From Amoeboradix gromovi X-113 (Eukaryota; Fungi; Sanchytriomycota): a stretch of 6,322 nt of DNA. Where the stretch lies: positions 1 to 6,322 of the forward strand of contig JADGIF010000589.1 of the NCBI GenBank assembly GCA_018985225.1, in the 5' to 3' direction. A model generated the notes under the pieces. It worked only from the letters and a program-made list of their open reading frames with translations. It was not told the origin of the DNA and ran no database searches. Positions 1 to 6,322 of the stretch are shown in pieces (positions within the stretch are counted from its first letter, which is position 1; each line of letters begins with the position of its first letter). The translations under genes were made by a program, and so were the position numbers.

Positions 1-565
1 GTACAGAATATTTATTTTCCTTTTATACTCGTCAACTCCGCAACTAGCTGAATGTCCACTCGCCTCTTAAATCCATAAAGTTAATAAAGCTGAAATAATG
101 TTCCAAGTTGTTACAGAAAGTTAGTCCAGTTTTTATATTTGATGTCCCCAATGTATTTCACAATTACCATGATAGCTCTACTATGATTTGGAGGTATTAT
201 ATTATTGAGTAACTGGTATTAGTGCAATTCTCAAGCGAATACATCAGTTTCCTATTTAGAATACTCTGAAAACCCTAATATTGTGCGATTGGTTGCATCC
301 CAAAATAAAATTTCGCTGTCTTTCAGATAAAGTTTCTCATATCTCCTGTCTTTCTATATTTATCTGCAATATTTCAAGTTCGTATAATAGATTCCATGAT
401 ACAGTAGCATCTTGCTTGTTGTAATATTTGATATGATGTATTTATGATTCTTAGCGCGGCGAAAGCTACTTTTTAAATGCATGAGCCATTTTGACAGCGA
501 TATCACATATGCTCGTCCTTTATATTTTGAGCTTCGAATTAATAAGCCATTTTTTCGTGTTTTTA

Positions 566-3500
566 ATGGAAAGACGAAGACAAAATTCAAGTTACGAGAT
601 GTATTCTTCGCCGCACGAGGTTTATGTTGGTCAATATGGAAATATACCTGTTAGCAGAATGAGCACTGTTGATCGTCCGTTAATTGAACGTCGAAGAGTG
701 AGCACTACTGGTGGAAATTATCCTCCCAACCCCGTACCCCAATACAGGGAATCTCATCCTGCAAGATCTGATGATGATTATTATTCTTGGCAACAATATT
801 ATGGTCCCATTGGTGTGCCTCCTGTTTCAGTAACATTGCCTCCTCCTTCAAGGTATTCATATTATCCAGGTCTTTCTACTTACTACTATCCTCAATTTCC
901 GCCTACTCAGTATTACGAGGAATCTCAAAATGTCCAACCCATGGACAAGGATTTTCGATCATTTTTGGCAGAAACACGTCGTAGTCAAAGATCTGCGATG
1001 GCCTCGTTTGTTAACATATCTGTGAAAATTGAGTTGTTGAACTATCAGTTTAGAATTACAGCAGACACTTCTCAATCCATTGACTATCTTGCTAAGCTAA
1101 TTGAAGCTGATTTTAATTTTCAAATTGAACAATTAGAAGGCAAAAAAATTGCTCCTCTAATGGTTCGATTGATCCTGAATTCGAAAAGCCAACCTATCAA
1201 TTTTACGCATATCATTGGAGATGTACTTAGTACTGATGACATCGTTATTGTAATTCATTCAGACAAACAAATGAATAATGTGGCAACTGATTTGTCTCAC
1301 AGTGGCATGCTATTAGCTATTGATAAATTCCGCCAATCTGCAGATCAAGATGATTCTATTTTAAGGAAGCTGTTAAAATCCAAGAAAGGATTCAGATTAT
1401 TTGCTGAATATTGCTATAGAGAGTATAGCTTAGAGTATCTTTTATTTTGGCTAGAAATTGAGCTTTTTATAGAGAGCCCGCCAGAAACTTGGCTTTTGAT
1501 AGCAAGGTATATTCACAAAAACTATCTAAGGCACAATTCCCCTCTAAGATTAAACCTGAGACATGACATAATTGATGATATTCCGCTTCCTACTTATGAT
1601 ATAGTTCAGCAAGACCAAACACTTTTTGACGAGACTCAACAAGATGCATATAATGTCATGAAATTACATTTGTTACGTGGTTTTATGAATACTTCTGGTT
1701 ATCAATCTTGGGTAAGCGATCCTGAGTCAGATATTAGGAGCTATTTCATAGACTTCACGCCTGATTATAACATGATGCTGGAGCTAACTAAGTCTGATAT
1801 TGTCGATGTTTTCGACTTACCTGAAAATGCTCCTCCACAACAAGTAGATTATTGCAGAAGCGTTCGTGAAAACATACTGGAAAAGGTAACAACAAGATAT
1901 TTTCATTCATTTCCTTTTACTGGAAGGTACTTTCAGTCAGGAAGAAATTTGAAAATGAAGTTAGTGACGAAAGAAAAGAAGTTGACAAAGTTCTTTGGAG
2001 AGAAACCTGAATACGAAGAAATGAAGAAACAATCCAGACCCTTGGATAACAAGGTTTTGAGCACATCGAATTCTGCTACTATGAGGGAACGCAATGGTAG
2101 TGTTGAAAGCGAGCAAACGAGTATAGATCCATCCATAGATGTTAGACAGCTTAAAGTTAAAAAATTAGATAAGTTAGAAGGGTTCTTTGGTGGGAGACCA
2201 TCTAGTGAATTAAAAAGAGACGATTTAATGGTTCAAAACAACAGAAAGAGCATTTTAGGTAAAATTAAAAGCGATTTTCACTCCTCAAGATCATTGGAGA
2301 ATGTTAAACCAGATGTTCAGTTTCACGCAAAGAACGACTTGAGCGAAGATGAGAGGAGAATATTGAAAAAGAGGCAAAAGAAGTTGGCAGATGTTTTAGG
2401 CACAAAACCGGATGACAACATTATGGAATCGCAAAAAAGCGTGCCAGATGCGCCAAACAGTGATTCAGAGGCACCCATTTTAAGGCCTTTAGAGGGCTAT
2501 GATTCAGATAATGATGGTTCAGATTCAAACACTGCTCTGGATGAATTTCGTGATTTGATATTAAACTATTTTGATGATCTTGCCAAATCAAAGAGTAATC
2601 TACCAAGCACAGTTGAATTAGTTGGGGAACTAGTTGAAAGGCAAGATAAAGACATAAGAATGAAGAGAATTGAAAAATTGTACAACATTTTGGGTGAAAG
2701 AATATCTCCAGTTGTGTTGGAGAAATCAAGACTTTCAGTTATAGCTGGATTGGCGAAAAACCCAAGTGAAAAGAATGCAAGTAGAAAGAGATTTGACAAA
2801 TTGCATCAAAAGTTTGGGGAAAACATACCTGCTGAGGCAATAAACTCGACTATTGACTATTCTAAACGTGCTGAGCAGCATATCTCAGGAATACAGACAT
2901 TGGAAAGATTAATCAACAACCAATCTAATCTAGAAGATATGATATCTGAGATTTACAGCGGTGATGTAGACGACAAGTTGGACGATCAAACCAAGTTGAA
3001 CAAGCAAAAAAAGATGAATAAACTTCAGAAGTTCTTTGGTGATAATTTAAACGCTACCATATTATTTGAACAGACTATTCTTAAGGATCTTGAAGACACT
3101 ATAGATGATGAATACTCAGGAAGAGAAGAATATGACACCTTGAAATCTGAATTAGACCTACTAAGGGAACGCGCAAAGTCGTTAAAAGGTGTTAATCCAG
3201 ATGTAATTCAAAGGAAGGAAAGTTTTAATTCGGCAATATCCAAGCGCAAACCTGCTAAACTTAATGGCTCACTACATGGTTCATTAAGAGAAAAACCTGC
3301 AACAATCGATCTTTCAACCGCACCTCATAAAAGTTTGAATGAGTTATTTAGTCCTGGTTCGCCACGAGCTTCGTTTATAGCCTCCCAAAACCCTTTCAAC
3401 AAGCTTAGAAAACCGCCCCTTCCAAGAGCAACTCAGAGCATGGCAGATGTCACTTTAGAGCGTCAGAATGGGACGGTAGATGACACTCAGCCAAGTACAG

Positions 3501-3619
3501 AGGAATCACAGCTACTAAGCAGAGAAAAAGTTCCAAACAGAGTGGAGCCAGAAATTTCAGTGGTTTCGCTGACAAGGAAAAGCGTTGGCGATGAGATTGT
3601 AAGTTCATATACTGAATAG
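566..3619 (+). CDS. Large RGS-domain signalling/scaffold protein: Y/P-rich N-terminus, probable ubiquitin-like domain, RGS domain, six KLxx(F/I/V/K)(F/L)G repeats, disordered tail
   Basis: Uninterrupted ORF 491-3619 ending in TAG. The track start at 491 is TTG. In-frame ATGs are at 509 and 566; 566 (MERRRQ) is preferred because the 25 upstream codons translate T-rich, UTR-like sequence. RGS signature at ~1361-1708: LLKSKKGFRLFAEYCYREYSLEYLLFWLEIELF...IARYIHKNYL...SPLRLNL...LFDETQQDAYNVM...F. The start position is uncertain. Confidence 0.85.
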   Translation: MERRRQNSSYEMYSSPHEVYVGQYGNIPVSRMSTVDRPLIERRRVSTTGGNYPPNPVPQYRESHPARSDDDYYSWQQYYGPIGVPPVSVTLPPPSRYSYYPGLSTYYYPQFPPTQYYEESQNVQPMDKDFRSFLAETRRSQRSAMASFVNISVKIELLNYQFRITADTSQSIDYLAKLIEADFNFQIEQLEGKKIAPLMVRLILNSKSQPINFTHIIGDVLSTDDIVIVIHSDKQMNNVATDLSHSGMLLAIDKFRQSADQDDSILRKLLKSKKGFRLFAEYCYREYSLEYLLFWLEIELFIESPPETWLLIARYIHKNYLRHNSPLRLNLRHDIIDDIPLPTYDIVQQDQTLFDETQQDAYNVMKLHLLRGFMNTSGYQSWVSDPESDIRSYFIDFTPDYNMMLELTKSDIVDVFDLPENAPPQQVDYCRSVRENILEKVTTRYFHSFPFTGRYFQSGRNLKMKLVTKEKKLTKFFGEKPEYEEMKKQSRPLDNKVLSTSNSATMRERNGSVESEQTSIDPSIDVRQLKVKKLDKLEGFFGGRPSSELKRDDLMVQNNRKSILGKIKSDFHSSRSLENVKPDVQFHAKNDLSEDERRILKKRQKKLADVLGTKPDDNIMESQKSVPDAPNSDSEAPILRPLEGYDSDNDGSDSNTALDEFRDLILNYFDDLAKSKSNLPSTVELVGELVERQDKDIRMKRIEKLYNILGERISPVVLEKSRLSVIAGLAKNPSEKNASRKRFDKLHQKFGENIPAEAINSTIDYSKRAEQHISGIQTLERLINNQSNLEDMISEIYSGDVDDKLDDQTKLNKQKKMNKLQKFFGDNLNATILFEQTILKDLEDTIDDEYSGREEYDTLKSELDLLRERAKSLKGVNPDVIQRKESFNSAISKRKPAKLNGSLHGSLREKPATIDLSTAPHKSLNELFSPGSPRASFIASQNPFNKLRKPPLPRATQSMADVTLERQNGTVDDTQPSTEESQLLSREKVPNRVEPEISVVSLTRKSVGDEIVSSYTE
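1979..3043 (+). repeat. Six dispersed protein-level repeats, consensus KLxx(F/I/V/K)(F/L)G preceded by basic residues
   Basis: KLTKFFGE (1979), KLEGFFGG (2171), KLADVLGT (2381), KLYNILGE (2675), KLHQKFGE (2798), KLQKFFGD (3020). Confidence 0.8.
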
Positions 3620-3657
3620 TGTGCTTTTAAGATATAGTAAATATGTTTTATTATTTT

Positions 3658-4050
3658 TTATTCACTTACTAGATCTGCAATCATTCCGTACAAATACACA
3701 AAGAATGATAGAAGATAAAATCCTAAAAACACAAAAGCTTGCTTTTTATGAATCGGAAGGCCGCGGAATATCTCTGTTGCATCAAATAGCAGCTCATGCT
3801 TTCTATACTTGTCGCCCAGAAATAGCAATACGGGTATATTCCAGAGCATTAACCATCCGCTTAGAAGAGTTGCAATTAACGTTAGAAATATATGTAATCC
3901 AAGATGAGGATACACGAACTGATTCAATTTGTTGCACAAGTCAATTGGGTTGATATAGTCACATTCTAAATCACTGAATAATATGATGTAAAACACCATA
4001 CAAAAGAGCAAAAGAGCTGATAACAAAACTGCGAATAACCAAAGCCACAT
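3658..4050 (-). CDS. ERV14: Cornichon-family ER-derived vesicle cargo receptor (Erv14/CNIH)
   Basis: 130 aa with three hydrophobic segments and the family motifs SDLECDYINPIDLCNKLN, LFDATEIFR and LGFYLLSFFVYLYGMI. ATG to TAA, full length, no intron. Confidence 0.95.
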   Translation of the reverse strand: MWLWLFAVLLSALLLFCMVFYIILFSDLECDYINPIDLCNKLNQFVYPHLGLHIFLTLIATLLSGWLMLWNIPVLLFLGDKYRKHELLFDATEIFRGLPIHKKQAFVFLGFYLLSFFVYLYGMIADLVSE

Positions 4051-4084
4051 GTTTGGAAAACTATTTCAAGAGTAATTCGTTTTA

Positions 4085-4783
4085 TTAAAATGAAGTAAAA
4101 TTGATGAGATCTTCTTCTGGAGCAGGCAAGTCCATTAAATTTGGAGATTTGCTAGATTCTATTCCTCTACTCATAAAATCAAACATTTGAAGTTCTGGTG
4201 CAGTGAAACTGTTAATTACCGGACTGCTGTAACTGCTGGTTGCCATACTTGGTGAAGGAGACACAGATCTATAATCCTGATGATTCTTTACATGCGGTTG
4301 AAGATGCTGTTGGTAGCCAGCCAGTGGCATTTGCGGTTGAGCCATCATCTGGTTCATGTACATTGGACTTAAATTTTGGTACATAGATAGCATAGGGCTA
4401 GGCTGCTGCTTAGTATGAAGACGAGCAAAATGCTTGTTTCTATCATGTTTCCATTTAAAGGTACGGCCGCATTGCTGACAAGCATATTGTCGGTAAGGTA
4501 TGTGTCGCAGTCCATGACTTCGTAAGGAACTTAAATTTGCCGCTTGATAATGGCAAGATTTCCATTCGCAACTCAAGTTCTCCAAGTTTTGTTGAGGTAT
4601 CAAATGCTGATCAATGTAATGCTCATATAATGACTTGTTGGTGTCAGACTCCGCAGCACAGTTGGTCCATTTGCAGATAAAAGTCTTTTGGTCGTCCATT
4701 TTAGGAATCAGAGACCTGCTGCTATTTAATAGGATATCGTGAGTTAAAATTTCAATAATAGGAAGGATGATTGGCTTTTCCAT
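4085..4783 (-). CDS. C2H2 zinc-finger transcription factor, PacC/Rim101-like (three fingers, first two of tandem CWCH2 type)
   Basis: CKWTNC...SLYEHYIDQH, NLSCEWKSC...SHGLRHIP and YACQQCGRTFKWKHDRNKHFARLH follow the PacC finger pattern, followed by a Q/M/P/S-rich tail. The true start may be the second ATG at 4699 (MDDQKTF; context AAAATGG). Confidence 0.85.
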   Translation of the reverse strand: MEKPIILPIIEILTHDILLNSSRSLIPKMDDQKTFICKWTNCAAESDTNKSLYEHYIDQHLIPQQNLENLSCEWKSCHYQAANLSSLRSHGLRHIPYRQYACQQCGRTFKWKHDRNKHFARLHTKQQPSPMLSMYQNLSPMYMNQMMAQPQMPLAGYQQHLQPHVKNHQDYRSVSPSPSMATSSYSSPVINSFTAPELQMFDFMSRGIESSKSPNLMDLPAPEEDLINFTSF

Positions 4784-4915
4784 ATGTAGTTCATATTCAT
4801 TTATTGGTGCAAGGTCAATTTCAATATTTGATTCTACACCGTGAATAATGGAATACGGAAATATTTGATATCAAGCTTCTTATCAAATGAGTTTCAATAA
4901 TTTTATTAATTCTTT

Positions 4916-5659
4916 TTACTTTTGGTGCTTTGCGGCAGTCTTACAGATATCAATAAATTCTTCTTTCAAACTCGCTCCTCCTACCAAAAATCCATCAATA
5001 TCATCTTTTTGCATCAAAGACTCTGCGTTATTAGCCTTCACGCTCCCTCCATATATGATACGAACCTCTTCAGGAATTTTAGCTCTGATATGTGCATGCA
5101 CGTCTTGAGCTTGTTCCGGAGATGCAACTTTACCAGTTCCAATAGCCCAGACAGGCTCATAAGCAATTACTAACTTGTCCCACTTCTTAAAATCTTTTAA
5201 AAAGGCCATTTGACCATCGATCACCTCAAATGTTTTATTCGAATCTCTTTCATCTAAAGTTTCTCCAACACAAAGAACTACACTCAGTCCCTGATCTACT
5301 GCATATTTAGTTTTTTCTGCAACAATATCACTCGTTTCCAAGATACCGTATGAGTCCCCGTGTCGACGTTCGCTATGGCCTAGAATAACCCATTTTACAC
5401 CAACATCAAGTAGCATTTGAGGGGATATTTCTCCAGTGTATGCGCCACTGTCTTTATGAAAGCAATTCTGCGCTGCGACCATAAATGGCCAAGATTGACA
5501 AGACTGCAAATATGGGTAAGGCGGTGCAATCAATATGTCAACCTTTTCAATTTTTTGAACCCACTTAGCATACTGAGTATTGAAACTCATGCTTCCGTTC
5601 ATTTTCCAATTTCCTCCAACAAAAGGTTTGCGCATAGTGTTAAAAAGGAGGCGACTCAT
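4916..5659 (-). CDS. TPI1: Triosephosphate isomerase
   Basis: All canonical motifs are present: FVGGNWKMNG, AQNC, GAYTGEIS, VILGHSERR (catalytic His), IAYEPVWAIGTG (catalytic Glu and lid loop), IIYGGSV, DGFLVGGASLK. An alternative ATG lies at 5635 (MRKPF). No intron. Confidence 0.98.
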   Translation of the reverse strand: MSRLLFNTMRKPFVGGNWKMNGSMSFNTQYAKWVQKIEKVDILIAPPYPYLQSCQSWPFMVAAQNCFHKDSGAYTGEISPQMLLDVGVKWVILGHSERRHGDSYGILETSDIVAEKTKYAVDQGLSVVLCVGETLDERDSNKTFEVIDGQMAFLKDFKKWDKLVIAYEPVWAIGTGKVASPEQAQDVHAHIRAKIPEEVRIIYGGSVKANNAESLMQKDDIDGFLVGGASLKEEFIDICKTAAKHQK

Positions 5660-5736
5660 GAATCAGAAATAAATTAAGTAAAAAATATTGTTAAACGCAT
5701 TGATCTGTATTTACAACTACAAGTTCTCGGATATAA

Positions 5737-6065
5737 CCCGATATCAAAGTTGTTCTTATTACACTTCTCCGTCTCCGAACATCGGTTATACGTACAATAG
5801 AAAAGCTATTGAGGTGTCAAAAGCAAGAAAAGCGATCTTTACGATTGGAAGGAACCCTTGAGTACTACTTGCTTCAGAAGGTAAATTATCCTATAGCTCT
5901 GATGGAGATGATGGCAAGTATAGTAGTATTCGGGTACCTCTTAATGGTTCAAGGTTATGCCAGTATACCAAATGTGATGTAGCCTTGAATCGAGATGTGG
6001 GTGAGTGTTGTAAGAATATTAAAGTCATTAAAACTCTAGTGAGTTATGGTCGAAGGCTTGATTGA
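5737..6065 (+). pseudogene. Degenerate C-terminal fragment of a Fanzor/TnpB-like RuvC nuclease
   Basis: Manual translation. One frame from 5737 gives ...KRSLRLEGTLEYYLLQK (E at 5860), resembling RuvC-II 'EYYTSQKC'. After a frameshift, frame 5862-6065 gives ...RVPLNGSRLCQYTKCDVALNRDVGECCKNIKVIKTLVSYGRRLD*, resembling the consensus 'G.+.C....C....NRDVNAA.NI..I......G.RP'. Motif order and spacing fit. RuvC-I, the N-terminal part, a start codon and the first CxxC pair are missing. Confidence 0.55.
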
Positions 6066-6100
6066 CAAAGAAAAGTAATCTACAGTAGTAAGCTGTACAC
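5844..6100 (+). ncRNA. Putative structured RNA (candidate omegaRNA scaffold / transposon right end)
   Basis: Stem-loops read by eye: a long interrupted stem 5844-5872 with 5914-5945; a 15-bp stem with G-U pairs 5945-5959 with 5978-5992; short stems 6060-6064/6076-6080 and 6081-6086/6092-6097. The last stem ends about 3 nt before the rRNA. The identity of the RNA is an inference. Confidence 0.35.
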
Positions 6101-6176
6101 TTCGATGTCGGCTCTTCCTATCATACCGAAGCAGAATTCGGTAAGTGTCGGATTGTTCACCCGCTAATAGGGAACA

Positions 6177-6215
<39 letters not shown>

Positions 6216-6322
6216 TCCTACTGATGGGTTGTCATGCGCATAGTAATTCAACCTAGTACGAGAGGAACCGTTGATTCGAGCCTCTGGTGTGTGCTGTTAG
6301 CTGGTCAGCTAGGGCAGCTCGG
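6100..6322 (+). rRNA. Eukaryotic cytosolic large-subunit (25S/28S) rRNA, partial: 3' half of domain V and start of domain VI; 5'-truncated and runs off the window
   Basis: Contains CTTCGATGTCGGCTCTTCCTATCAT (PTC loop/H90), GGATTGTTCACCC (A-loop, H92), GAGCTGGGTTTAGACCGTCGTGAGACAGGTTAGTTTTA (H93) and the sarcin-ricin loop AGTACGAGAGGAAC at 6255-6268. Confidence 0.97.

Noticed and set aside
491-565. TTG start and hydrophobic N-terminal extension of the large ORF
   Set aside because: Eukaryotic context; the hydrophobicity is what T-rich UTR sequence gives on translation. ATG 566 (or 509) is more plausible.
1-590. Minus-strand 76-aa ORF (360-590) and its stop-interrupted continuation toward position 1
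   Set aside because: Multiple TAA, TAG and TGA stops and no recognisable motif; treated as intergenic, although a decayed gene cannot be excluded.
787-2799. Short alternative-frame and antisense ORFs (787-984, 1933-2136, 2421-2729, 2566-2799)
   Set aside because: Shadows of the long RGS CDS with no motifs.
3617-4918. Alternative genetic code (TAA/TAG = Gln, as in some aphelids)
   Set aside because: ERV14 and TPI end with TAA at their expected C-termini, and none of the four genes has an internal TAR codon.
4880-4918. Cryptic peroxisomal PTS1 on TPI via stop-codon readthrough
   Set aside because: The stop is TAA without the TGA-CTA readthrough context, and the extension would end in ...LLKLI, which is not a PTS1.
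3621-5677. Plus-strand ORFs 3621-3953, 4887-5108, 4922-5173, 5417-5677
   Set aside because: Antisense to the clearly identified ERV14 and TPI genes.
5806-5823. GAGGTGTCAAAAG resembles LSU GAGGTGTCAGAAAAG upstream of the PTC
   Set aside because: The match is short and is not followed by TTACCACAGGGATAAC; it lies in the remnant reading frame and is probably chance.
5700-6100. Group I intron in the LSU (L2449/L2499-2500 region) carrying a nuclease
   Set aside because: No 5' rRNA exon, no terminal G directly before the resumed rRNA, and no convincing P7 GACUA/UAGUC core. AAGTATAGT at 5916 is only superficially S-like.

Overview
AT-rich, very gene-dense eukaryotic DNA, probably from an early-diverging fungus or close relative (inferred from a PacC-like factor and fungal-type LSU rRNA), using the standard genetic code. 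Four apparently intronless genes are tightly packed: a ~1000-aa RGS-domain signalling protein (+), then cornichon/ERV14, a short PacC/Rim101-like three-finger C2H2 protein and triosephosphate isomerase (all -). The ORF track misses the last ~660 bp. That stretch holds what looks like a frameshifted remnant of a Fanzor/TnpB-type RNA-guided nuclease (RuvC-II, zinc finger and RuvC-III motifs) overlapped by several stem-loops. It runs directly into the 3' part of a 25S/28S rRNA gene that starts abruptly inside the peptidyl-transferase loop. The rRNA therefore sits where the guide of a Fanzor omegaRNA would be. All homology calls were made by eye from remembered motifs; no searches were run.
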